Assembly: GCA_048884965.1 (NCBI GenBank)
Contig: JBHLQH010000001.1
Span: forward strand, 64,001 to 128,000
DNA length: 64,000 bases
Source: Candidatus Thorarchaeota archaeon
Lineage (GTDB): Archaea; Asgardarchaeota; Thorarchaeia; Thorarchaeales; Thorarchaeaceae
Direction: 5' to 3'
Position numbers and translations under genes: made by a program. The notes under the pieces are model-generated. The model ran no database searches and was not told the DNA's origin. It saw nothing but the letters and a program-made list of their open reading frames with translations. This document shows positions 1-12,800 of this stretch, piece after piece (within the stretch, counting starts at the first letter, position 1; each line of letters opens with the position of its first letter).

Positions 1-283
1 TTAATGGAAGACCCAATGACTGCAGATTCGTTGACATATGGATTGTCGATTCACCTGTGTCCAGTAAGATGTTCGATTCCATTCCATTGAGGCTCATTCT
101 GATCCAGAGCGAGAGTCCTACACCCGCTACCAAGGGGACATCATCATTGACGCTTTCTATGCTCTTCCACTGGAAGAATCGTTGTACATCATCTCTCCTA
201 GGATTTGACCAGAGCTCGATTGAATTGTCAACTACAGCTGTAACTTCAATACTATCTAATGCTTTCAGGTTGGCGAATTCCAT
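1..283 (-). CDS. MBL-fold metallo-hydrolase (COG1237-like), N-terminal part; runs off the window edge
   Basis: Not in the ORF track. My translation from the ATG at 283 reads MEFANLKALDSIEVTAVVDNSIEL...VAGVGLSLWIRMSLNGMESNILLDTGESTIHMSTNLQSLGLPL. This matches the family pattern T-x-x-VDN ... GLS ... ILxDTG ... NL..LG. Confidence 0.75.
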   Translation of the reverse strand, partial: MEFANLKALDSIEVTAVVDNSIELWSNPRRDDVQRFFQWKSIESVNDDVPLVAGVGLSLWIRMSLNGMESNILLDTGESTIHMSTNLQSLGLPL

Positions 284-309
284 GCTTGGCACCGATTTTT
301 AATCCAAGG

Positions 310-741
310 TTACAGCAGCATATGGTGCAAGCCCATCTCTCTTAGTACCTCTGGGAAGACTTTGAAGACCGGCTTGATTTTTGAGAGAAGTCCTAGAGCC
401 TTTGCAATAGAACCTTGCATTTTGACCTCGCCCTTTGCCATGGCAATTGTTGTGTTCAACTTTCCCTGCCAGAACTTGTTCGTTGTTTCGGATGTGCTCC
501 ATACAACTATCTCAGGTTCTACGTTTGAGTCGAAGCTGAGCGTACCTACCTTTCCATCTGGTCCTGGATTCGCAAAGTCGATTGTAACATGAATCTCTGG
601 GTTCTCGATATCGAATCTAACTACAATTCCAGATTTCACCAGCTTCTCGAAAACATCCTCCATCTCTAAGACTTTGGGCCAAAATTTCTCAAATACCTGC
701 TTTAGCTGTTCAGTACTCTCATAGAAGGGCATTGCATCCAT
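310..741 (-). CDS. SCP2 sterol/lipid-binding domain protein
   Basis: The C-terminal FWQGKLNTTIAMAKGEVKMQGSIAKAL is typical of SCP2. A GGAGG SD lies upstream; the true start may be 732. Confidence 0.85.
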   Translation of the reverse strand: MDAMPFYESTEQLKQVFEKFWPKVLEMEDVFEKLVKSGIVVRFDIENPEIHVTIDFANPGPDGKVGTLSFDSNVEPEIVVWSTSETTNKFWQGKLNTTIAMAKGEVKMQGSIAKALGLLSKIKPVFKVFPEVLREMGLHHMLL

Positions 742-788
742 TCCTCCATATGGATAGTCCCCAAAGGAGGATAGAAGTCTTTTGGATG

Positions 789-830
789 AAAAAGAGTCCT
801 TTGGGTGGGACTGTTTTTACCCACCCAAAG
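789..830 (-). terminator. Stem-loop plus U-tract downstream of the giant surface protein gene
   Basis: Perfect 11-bp inverted repeat CTTTGGGTGGG (799-809) / CCCACCCAAAG (820-830), followed on the minus strand by GACTCTTTTT. Confidence 0.65.
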
Positions 831-843
831 ATTGTGCTCGTAA

Positions 844-3800
844 CTACTCTTCCATACTTCTGTCCATCTGCTCTAGGACAGCATCAAGCTCGGCTCTGGT
901 CATATCCTTCGCGCTCTCAAGAACTTCCTCGATCTGCTCCTTAGGAAGACCTAGCTTAGCAAGTCGCTCACCTACTTCTTGGAGTTCTTCAGCCGTCACC
1001 TTTCTTGTAGCATCTGCTTTCTCAGGTCTCTTCTCGGCAATCTCTTGAGCTCTCCTCGCCCTCTCTTGCTTGATGACCTCATTAAGGAACCCAGGTCTCT
1101 CACTAGGCTTCATTCTTGCAAGATCAGTTCGAAATGCTGCAATATCATCTTCGCCAAGTCCAGTAATTTCAGCAAGCTCCAAGAGAAGTGCTTCTGTTTC
1201 GGGTACATGGAATTCGATGGTCAACATTGGTATCTCATCGATTGGCTTAGAGATGTTGATTGCGTTGAGGCCCTCATTGATGATTCCTTGAATCATGAGG
1301 TTTCTCTCTCGAACTTCTGGTTTTTCAGGAACTTTCGCCTTTGAAAGCGACTTGATCATTCCATTCATGATTCGGATGAGTTTTGGCACACTGTACACCT
1401 TCACCCAGAGCAAGGCTCCAATGAGTGCCAAGATGATGCCAAAGCTACCGCCAAACATAACAATCGTCATGAGTGGATCCGCTGGTGGTGCAGTCACTAT
1501 AACTGTGAAAGCAAGAGTGAGTTGCTCGTAATTCTGACCATTTGAGGCATGAATTACAATTTCGAACTCTCCAGCAGATGGAACTATGAATCCTATGATG
1601 TACTGTCCAGCCGCCTCACCAGGCATCACAGAATAATCACTCTCACCTATGACACCTGTTGCTTGTGTTAGGTAGATATCTGCATCAGTTATTGGTAAGT
1701 TGTGGTCAAGATCCCAATACTCGATCACAATCTGTAGGTATTCTCCACTTAATGCAGTTGCAAAAGTGTTCCCTGACTGAGTTCTGAGATCAGTATCTAT
1801 AGGACGAATTATGATAGTGATTATTGTTGATACACGTGCATAGTTCTCCTTGTTGACTACGATAGTCGCATCGTACGATCCAAGTATTGCTGTGTTTGGT
1901 ATCTCGAAGGTATAGTTACCTGGATTCTCAGAATCCTCTACAAGCACTGCGCCTAGTGCCCATAGGACACTACCATCCGCTCCTGTCACAGGTCTGCCAT
2001 AGACTGTATCATTGATATAGACACTGGCAATCATGGTATCTCCGACAGGAACTTGAATGACATTCAGCACGATGATTTCCATTGTAATCGAACGTACTTG
2101 TAGGGTTGCAGATGTCGTCCTTGTGATGTAGTTGCTCTTTGTTGCTGTCACACGGATGTCGAATGAGGACGGAGCTACCTCAGTACTATCAAGTAGTACT
2201 TTGTAGATACCATTTCCTACCTCTTCCAACACACCAGAGCCGCCTGTCCATACGTACTGGAGAGTGGCATTCTCGATTGGCACCTCATTGTGGACGTCAT
2301 AGTAGCTAAAGAACATCCAGATGGACTGCTCATAGAAGATTGACAACGTTGCGTTCAGGGGTTGAACAGTTGTATCTATTCTCTGTACCTCGAATAGCAT
2401 AGAGAGAGTCGATGTTTCATAGCCCGCTTTGGTCGCAACTATGTACATGCTGAATGTTCCAGCGTACAAGTCTGAAGTAGTCAGTGTGATGTTGTATATG
2501 CCATTACCTTCCTCTACCAATGTTCCGTTGTAATCCGCATCACTGAATCTGAAGACCACTGATGCGCCAAGGATAGGTAGACTCAGGTCAATATTCGAAT
2601 AATTGACCCTAAGCACAACACTTTCACCGAATATAACCCTCAGAGTAGCTTCTCCAATTGGGTTTAGGTCGGTTTCCACAAGTCCAATGTCTAGACTAAA
2701 GTAGATACTTGCTTCAACGTGATTTGATTTGTTGGCTCGTACATATAGGGTGTAGACATTGATATTCACATCGGTTGTATCGATGAATGCTGAATAGTAT
2801 CCAGTCTGGGATGTTGCAGTCAATGTGCCGCTACGTTCACCATCACCAGGGTCCCATCGGTATTCGACTGTCGCCCCTGTAATCGGTCCGAACGCCAAGG
2901 ATTCGAAGTATACCGTGATATTGACAGATTGACCACTAACGACCGAGTATGCATAGATTTCATTCAAGCTTGAGAAATCTGTTTCTAGAACTGAAACAAC
3001 TACAGTAACTTGAATGATTCTTGCCTCGAAATTACTCTTGTTTGCGGTTATTGTGACAATATAGGTTCCAGCCTTAATAATTGAGGAATCAATTGATACG
3101 GTGTAGTTGAGCGCATATTCATCAAATGCGAATTCCATTCCTGAGATAGTAGCTTTGATATCAGCTCCAACAACCATACCACCGAGATCTAAGTTGTCAT
3201 AGTATACGGAGATGTCAATGGTTTCACTCCAATTTAGCTGAATCAATGACGTTTCTGTTGTGAGTTCCGTTCTTGTCTGTCGAAGAACTAGATCGACGAT
3301 CATTGATGCGGATGTATATCTAGTGCGTGTTGCAGTAATGTCATAGGAGTACGTTCCAGCAGGTTGTTGCCAGAGGAAGTAAGTAATATTATATTCTCCA
3401 CCACCCAGCTCTGCGATGGAATACGTACCACCTGGTGCGGTCGTGAATATGGTCGCGCCAGTAATGCCTGTATTATGATCGAGATCTTCGTAGGTGATTA
3501 TCACACTTACATTACTTCCTGCAACAACATTTCCTGCGAAGCTTGCAGAGATTGCAGTTTGAATCCTTCGAACCTCAAACTTCACAGAAGTAGTAGCAGA
3601 TGAATACCCTGTTTTAGTGACTGTAAAGGATACAATATAGTTGACTAGGTTTGTTACACTGGCGGTATAGAGGGTGACACTGAATCCATCCCCCGGAATC
3701 ACTGCCCACGACCATCCATATGGCCAATTGGTGCCAATCGATGCTCCTGTAATGTTGAGAGAATGGTCAGTATCAAAGTAGATAATTGTTACAGCAACTG

Positions 3801-6800
3801 TATCTCCTACTGGAACGACTGATGGATCAGGAGATGATGCAATAGCACTTGTACTGATTAGTCTAATAGTGATGTAGATAGTTGCCGTCTTTGTCAAGTA
3901 GAACGACTTGTTGAATGTGAACTGAGCACTGATTTTACCTGTGGTTGTCACCCACGAAGTATCCAAGGTAATGTTGAATATTCCATTTCCAAGAATTTCG
4001 TATGACCAATACCCGCCTGGCCACGTCGATGATATCGAAGCTCCGAGAATAATCTCCTCATGATCCAAATCATAAAATGTAATGTTCACTAAGGTCGAGT
4101 CTCCAATTGGGACCGTTCCTGGATCGGGAGCGTCTGCCAGTGTTTGAGTGAAGATGCTTCGGATCACAGCTCTGATAATTGTACCATTTGCATCTGGATA
4201 GAATGGTAGTCCTCCACTCCATGTGATGTCAATCTCGAAGTATAGTGCTCCAGTGGTCAAGAATGGAGTGCTATTGATAGTGAACACTATCTTGCCATCT
4301 TCTGGATTCGTGATCGATACTTGGAATGGACCTCCTGGAGTTGTGTTCAGGGGTGTGATATAGGCGTGTACATAGGTATCATTTGCAATACCTGCTCCGG
4401 TGGAGCTGTCTCTGTACCAGACTACGATGACAATGTCATCTCCGATAGGAATTTGGTCAGGAGGCTCATATGAGAGAACTGAACCTGCCCCTGTGATCGT
4501 CACGACGAATTCTATGGTTTGATTCTCGAAGTATGGCTTTCCATTGATCCAAATGAATGAAGCCTCAAATGCAAAATCACCGGTGGATCCAAGTGAGGTG
4601 GCATTGACTAGGACCTGATAAACTCCTGGTGAAGTCTGTGTAATCCACCAATCTACACTCCTATTCAGAGATACTTGCACACCTCCAAGGACTGTATCAT
4701 TGAATATTCCAGTGCTGCTGTCCAAGTCGATGTATCTGAACACAATCGTGATGTTGCTTGTGTAACTTGTTTGGGCGATCGGGTTAATGGTAAGCTGTGT
4801 ATTCCTAGCTCGGATATCCGCATCGATCACTAGGGATTGATCGTCATATCTGTAGGTAGGGTCTCCTGCAACCGATATAGTCAGATTGTATCTTCCGAAA
4901 ATACCGAATTTTGTTGTGTTGATGTGCAGATGATATGTTGCTCCCGAGATGTATTCAATCCAGTAGTAGCTCGAATCAACGGCGGTTCCGTTTACGGCAT
5001 CCAAGGAGAAGAATGCAACAGAGGTTGATATTGCCAGAAGTCCTGCATCTACATCGTAGTACTTTAGAATCACCGTCAAATTGTCACCAAATGGTGTTTC
5101 TTGAGGTGGTGTGTATGTCAATCTAGTCGCTCTTTCTCTTACTTCTACTTGCAGTGATCTTGTCTTGTTCTGATAGAAGGGCTCTCCAGACGATGAGATC
5201 TGTGCAACCAATGAGAATGTATCAACATCTCCAAGAGCACTAGAATCGACTTCGGCAATATACTCACCATTTCCGAGATCAGTAATCCAGTAGTTAGTGT
5301 TCAGAACTAAAGACTCTGCGGCTCCTGCACAGCTAAGTGTGATAGTACTACCAGTGATTCCTGAGGCGGTTATAGTATCTTCAAATGTGAAACTTATCGT
5401 TACATTATCTAGATATGGTGCAGCTCCCTCGACATCATAAGATAGTTGTGTTGGCCTTGCAGTTACTCTTCCAGTCACTGAACGGGGTCCAGCATCCGAC
5501 CAATAGTCTGGTGCATTGAAGGAAACCTGCATCGTATAATCAGTAAGCTGATTCAGAATGCTTGTGTCAAAGCTCACATTGTATTGTCCACTACCGATCT
5601 CAAGCACATTGACTGATGCAGTAGAAAGTCCGGATGGTGTAACGAAGGTAAGTACGATATACGAAATCATTCCCTCAAGTCCTGTGCCATCCGTTCCGTT
5701 ATCGATATCGAGAATTGTAACTATAAAGAAGGAAACCTCATCATAGTATGTAGAATCGGGTGAAGTAGTGCTTAGCTCAACCGATCGATATGCAACTTTC
5801 AGATTGATGCTACGTAGACTATCAGATAACCACCAATCTGTCGAATTGACCTTCAAGCTCAAAACATATGTTGCAGGTGCTCCAAGAGCACTAGTGTCAA
5901 TTTTTACTTCATAGACACCATTGCCCAAGTATGTAACCCAGTAGTTGGCGTCCTTTTCAAGTGTTTCAATGGAGGTTCCACATGAAAGATAGACATTGCC
6001 TGAGGCTATGGCAACTGGAATCGCTCCTTCAATATCGTTGTATGTTACATTGAAGAATGTGAAGTTGCCATAGGGTGTAGCTGGTATTGCCTCGTAATCA
6101 AGGGATGTGACTCGATCTCTAACGCTTCCGGTGATATTCCTTGAAAGTACGCTGTAGTATGGTGAAGATCCAGAGTGGTCGAATTTTATGGTTATTTTGT
6201 AAGAACTGACCATTCCAAGTATCGTTGTGTTGAAAGTGATCCTATACTGTCCGTCACTTCCTAGTACAAAGGATATGATTGGATTGTCACCGATACTAGG
6301 AATCACGAAGGTTGCAGAAATGTATGATTCATTATTGTTGATGAATTCTCCCGTCACACTATCCTGTAATGTTATGTAGAAGGTACTGTTCTCAAGATAT
6401 GCTGTTACATCAGGGAAGTCAATCTCCAGTGTAGCGACTTTCATGTTTATTGTAAGTATCGCAGATACTGCAGTCTGATTCTCGAAGAATGGACTTCCAC
6501 TCCACATAACCGTCATGTTGATACGGACTATTCCCAAGAGACCCGTTCCATCTGTGACGACATATACCTCATAGAAGCCGCCAACGGGAGTTGGATTCAC
6601 TTCGTAGGTGAGTCCATTCAGAACCGAAATAGTCAAACTGCCTCCAGTAATCAATTCGCTATTGTTGTCGAGATCGACATATTTCAGTAGAATCGTTGCA
6701 TTCTCGCCATAGAATACAGGATCCACTACGATCTGCGGAATGGCAGTATCACGCATTCGAACTGTGATGGAAATCAACTTGCTTACTTGATCTTCGTAGT

Positions 6801-9800
6801 ATGGTGCAAGACCTGGATCTGTCCAGTTGATTGTGATCCTGAAGTTGTAGGTAGCATAGGTATCTAGATAGCTAGTGTTCAACAGTAAGAAGAAGGTTGC
6901 ATATCCATTCACGTCATTTCCTTGAACGATTCGAAGAATGGCTATGTCTCCTGTATCTAGTCCGGGTTGAGTTACTGATACTACGGTAATGGCGGTGTTA
7001 ACTCCTATTTCACAATCCACTGGAACTCCTGCATCGAGGTCTCCCCAGTAGAATGTGACGTTGGCACGGTCTCCGTATGGTACGGGATCACTTGGATCCC
7101 ATACGAACTCGGTAGAAGTACCAGTAATCTGGAATCTGATTGAGATTGAGTGGTTCTGATAGTATGGGGCTCCAATGAAGGTCATATTGATCTGAACATT
7201 GGTGTAAGTGAAAGCGATGAATTGATCCGCATCCATCGTGACTACATAGGATCCTGCAGCAGCTCCTTCTGATACTAAGTAATTTGTTTGATTCACTGTG
7301 AGGAAGAGATTCTGTGTGCTGTTAGTTATAGGTGCATTTGCAAGATCTGTATCACTGAAGTAAAGCGTGATCGTCACCTGATCTGTGTATCCAACTGTTC
7401 CAACGGGGTCATATGAGAGTAAGGTATAACGCTCACGAACATACACTCGTACGTAGATCGAAGCATCCTGATAGTTTGGATACGTTCCGGCGTTCTGAGT
7501 TGAAAGCTGCACCCAATAGGTTCCTGGTTTGATGAATGCTGTTGTGTTGATACGTACTTCATAGAGATTTCCTCCTACTTCAGCGATGGACCAGAATCCT
7601 GTGAGACTTGCATTTACAACAATGATAGACGCACCGTTGATTGCAAGACTTGTGTCTAGGTCATAGTATGTCAGCTGGAATGTTGTATTTAGACCGAATC
7701 CTGTTCTTGCAGATGGCTCGGTGAGCTGCAATTCAGTCGAATGCTTCCTGATTGAAACTGTGATTTTGATTACTTTAGAGTCGTAGAATGGAGAGGTGTA
7801 GTCATAGCTTATGTTCAGGTAGACATAATGAGTGCCTATAGCAAGTGTGTTTTCTATGCTAACGCTATAGGTGTCAGATCCGGGTGTCCAAGTAACTGAA
7901 ATTCCCAGAAGATTGGGGTCAGAAATACTTACACCTCCGAATTGGATTCTGACAGCTCCTGTTGAGTTCATTACATCGGCTGCAGTTTCTCCATCTGTAA
8001 CATGTACTACTACTTCAACATCCTCTTCGAATGCTATATTCCCAACAGGATCGTATGTTGCAACAATAGCTCGGTAGAGAACTCGTAGTGTGAACTGAAC
8101 TTGTGCATTGTTCTCAAAACGCACGCCGGTGTAGGTCATCTGAGCTGTAATTGAATATGTTCCAGGCTTTAGGAAAGCAGTAGTATTCAGTACAACGTCA
8201 TATGTCCCATCACCATTATCTATGATAGTGTAATTACCTGTGAGAGTCAGTCCCGCACTCGTCAAAGTAAGAGTGTTCCCGAACATCGTTGTATGTTCAT
8301 CATCAATTAGATCATAGTAGGTAAATGTCATGGTGACATTTGAGCTGAAGTAGGTTGGTGATGCAGGGGTGTATTGTAATTGAGTGGGTCTTGTAGTTAT
8401 AGTCAAGGATACCAGTCTGGTCTGATTCTGGTAGAACGGAGCACCAATCCAAGTCACGTTCAACTGCAGATATACAGTACCAGTTGTACCAACAGATGAA
8501 GTATCTACAATCACCGTCCAAGTTCCTGAATCGTACTCAAGCCAATATGTCAACCCTGGATTGTTAAGTTGCACAAACAGCTGGGTCGAGTTCAGTATCT
8601 TTGTATTAGTGGGTGAATCAAAGTATGAAAATGAGAGTGTCGCATTCTCGTCAAACGCAGTGTTTTGAGGTGGAGTGACATCGACAAGAGTTGTTCTGTA
8701 GAGTATTGTCACTGTAAGGGAAAGTGTCTGATTCTCATTGTATGGTGCTGCAGTTGGAGTCCAATTCAAGTAGACCTTGATTGTATACGATCCATCTGCT
8801 CCAAACAACGAGGAATTCAGCTCGAAGCGATATAGTCCACCACCTACGGTAGTGATCTTGAAATCAGATGTATCGATTGAAGTTCCAAGAACAAAAGCAA
8901 AGGCGTATACATCGCTTGTATCATTCTCCACGCCCTCTGAGGCTTGTGTCATCTCATAGTATAAGGTGAAGTTGATGAAATCACCATAGTATACCGCCTG
9001 AGGAGCTATTGATACGCTTAGGTCCGTATCAGTACCTTGCAGCTCTACCGAGAATGTACGATACAAGCTCTCATATTTCGCGACTCCAGTCCAATTGAAG
9101 AAGACAGTAAAGGACATGGTGAATATTCCGCCAAATTGATCTGCTGGGATTTTAACAATGTAGTGTCCTGTTCCCAGTGCAAGGTTGTCACTAACAAAGA
9201 AGATAGCCCATCCAGTGGTCGAATTCGGGAATGTGTAGGAAACCGATACTGCAATTTCTTGAGTGACATTGGAAATGCCCGATCCAACAGTAATATCCTC
9301 GTAGAACAGATAAACTGAGATATTCGAACCAATGTCTGTTGGAACCACTGCCTCATCGAATGAGAGGAATGAATCATGTGTGATTACAACAATGACTATG
9401 ATCACATACGCATCCTCATATCCAGATTTGGTGAAATTAATTCGAATTGGATACGAGCCTAATACTGTAGAGTCAATTGTTTCTAGCGTGAATTCATAGA
9501 CTCCGGTAACAGATGATGTATTTGAAATGGTCAAGGTCGAATTGGATAGGATGGTATCTGCGTTGATTCCAACACTGTGATCTACATCAGAATATTGAAC
9601 TGTGAACACTATGTTTGTCCCAAGAGGTACATTAAATCGATACCCTGAGGCTATGGCCTCTGTATCTGTAACTCTGATTCTGAACCTTACTGTCGTAGAA
9701 GCGTCCTCATAGTTCGTTCTTTGCATTGTGAGGATGACAATATTGTCACCAAGTGATAGGCTTGTTGTGACCATTGTAATCCTGTAGTAGCCTTCACTAA

Positions 9801-12800
9801 TCCACATCACTGTGAAGTCAGTATCCTCGACGAGATCTGTTCCATTGAGAAGGATTGTCGAAGCATTTACCAGTACTCCACCTAGGTCTCTGTCCCTGAA
9901 TTGCGCATAGAAGATAAGAGTGTCACCTGAGGGTACGGGATCCGGAGTGGGAGCATAGGACTCAGTGTATCTCTCTCTGATATCAATGGTAACACTTCCA
10001 GCAGAATTTGAGTAGAATTTTGTAGGTCCTGAACCCGAAGTAGTAACACTGATTGTTCTTGTGTAAGTGCCAATGGACCAATCATCAGTGGTGAGATTCA
10101 CGGAAAAGACTCCACCGGCATAGATCCAGTTTGCTGATGTGAACACTTGTCCTCCAATGACGATCTGAGTGATATTGGTCTCACCAATAATCAGTGATGC
10201 ATTATTCAGATCTTGTATCGTAATCGAGATTGCTGTATTGTCAGAATAGGGTGTTGCTGGTGGTCTTGTAGCTAGTACTGATAATCCATGGCTTACAACC
10301 TGTATCAATACTGTGGAGGCACTGTTCTGATAGTACTTGTATCCTAAGGATGATGTTGTTAATGAAAGGGAATAGAAGGCGGTGCCGATGCTCCACTCTG
10401 AAGTGTCAAGTGCACAGATGTATGTACCTGCATCGAATGTCCAATTGGCAGATGTGAAGGTCTGACCTGCAATGATCACTTGAGATACATTGCCTTCATT
10501 GATGGACAGACTAGTATTGTCAAGGTCAATCAAAGAGAATGAAATATTTGTCTTCCAACTCCATGGAGTAGCAGATGGGGTTGTTACAGTTATGCCTATG
10601 AGATGTGCTCGAATCTCGATTGTTACACTGCTAGTTCGATCATTGTACATCTTGATTGGTGCTATTGCAGTGGTAACCGCAACTGCATACGAACCTGTAC
10701 CTATCACCCAATCACTGGTATCTACAACAACTGTGAAGACTCCTGCAGAGTAGCTCCATGATGATGAAGTGAATACATACCCTGCGACCACTATCTGTGT
10801 GATGTTTGCTTCATTGACGATGAATGATTCATTATCCAGATCGATGATTGTGATATCTAGAGTCGTCTTCCAGCTCCAAGGAGTTGCTGCAGGACGGTCG
10901 ACTGATACCGATAGGATATGCCTTCGAACTTGAATTGTTAATGTACTAACACCATTGAAATAATACTTAATGGGTGTTGAGCTTGTTGTTACACTGACTT
11001 GTAGTACTGTGGTTCCTATATTCCAAGAAGAGGAATCTACAATCACATAGAATGTCCCATCTGAATATACCCATTCTGAGGAAGTGTAGATGACACCTCC
11101 TATGGTGATCTGCGTGATATTCGCCTGCGAAATATCTAATGTGGAGTTATCGCCATCAATCAATGTGATTGAAACATTGGTCTTCCAACTCCATGGTGTT
11201 GCAGATGAAGTAGTTGCTGAAACTACCATGGAGTGTGCCTTGATCGTAATTAGAACACTTCCTGATCTATCATTATAGTATCGTGCCGGTGTATCCAAGC
11301 AGTTTACTGATACCACATAGGAATTGCTAGAAATGGTCCATGATGAAGTATCCACGAAGAAGCTGAAAACGCCGTCATTGTATGTCCAATCCGCAGACGT
11401 GAAGACTTGCCCGTCCACAATGATTTCAGTTACATTGCTAGGATTAACCGTCAAGGTTGAATTATCAAGATCTGTCAACGAAACTGTAACATTCGTCTTC
11501 CATCCCCAAGGAGTCTGTCCAACGGGATTTGCAGTGATACCAATGTCATGTGATCGAATCACGATTTGTGCAGCACCCAAGCCATCATCGAAATACTTGG
11601 ACAAACCTGAGCCTGCGCTTGTGACAGTTATTGTGACCGAGTAGGTTCCCACATCCCAGCTTCGCGTGTCCATCCAAAATGCTATGGATGCTACACCTGT
11701 ACTGTCATCGTAAGTCCAGTTAGCACTTGCATATAGATAGGTTCCGTAAATTGAGCTTATCTCCACTGTGCTAATGTTTCCTTGTGATATGATTATAGAT
11801 GAATTGTCTGTGTCAACAAAAGAAATGTTCATCCAAGTTCTCCAACCCCATGGAGTTTCACTGGGTGGAATGGATGAAACTCGAGTATGATGTGCTCTTA
11901 CTGTGACAGTGAGTTCAAGATTCTTTTCTTGATGCCCAGTTGCAGATGCTTGAATGAGAATCGTGTATTCACCAGGAGTCACACTTTCTGTGTTGAAGGT
12001 TACTTGCCAGATATCAAGAGATGAATTATATGTTGGACCACTCTGAGTTCCCACAACTGTTTGAGCTGGCCAGTTGGAAGTGATTGAGATGTCTGGTGCT
12101 GTATTATCAATAGGTCTGTTTGCAACAAAATCGAAGAGATCGATGCTATAGCTAAATGCGCTACTATGAGAGGCATCAATCCTGGCTTTGATAACTCCTG
12201 AGCCATCTATGAAGTGACTTGGATTTGTAGTTCTCCAAGTAAGTGTTGTATCGATTATTGGATGGTAGTCGCTAATGATTTCGACCCATGATGTAGATGT
12301 TACATTGTAGGCGTAGACAGAGCCAGACGTGATGGTCGTACTGAATTTTCCTTCAATCTTGAAAGTAAGTGTACTGATATCACCTACAGCAAAGTTGTAT
12401 GGGTCTATATCAGTGGTAAGAGTAACAGAGATTTGATTTCCCACACTAGAAACAACTGTATAGACATTATTTGATGTGAACGTATTGGTTTCATCTGGTG
12501 ATGCTGGACTTCCAGGACTTGCAGAGATTCCATCAGGATTCATTGCGATAGTGTCTTCATACGCGATATAGATTGTCTTTGAGTTTCCCCACGCAATTTC
12601 ATAGTCTGTGGTTGGAGTCTGTAGATTCTTGGGTGAGTATAGGGTTGTCTTTTCCTGAATCTCAATAGTAATACCTGAAGTTTCTGCGTAATCGTAGTAT
12701 GATTTGGTGGCATTGATATTAACTGAATATCCTCCGATCACCGCGAGTGAAGTATCCACATATCCTGCGTACCATCCATTTCCAGCATATCCCATATTAT

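Noticed and set aside
57-302. Plus-strand 81-aa ORF
   Set aside because: It is antisense to the MBL hydrolase N-terminus.
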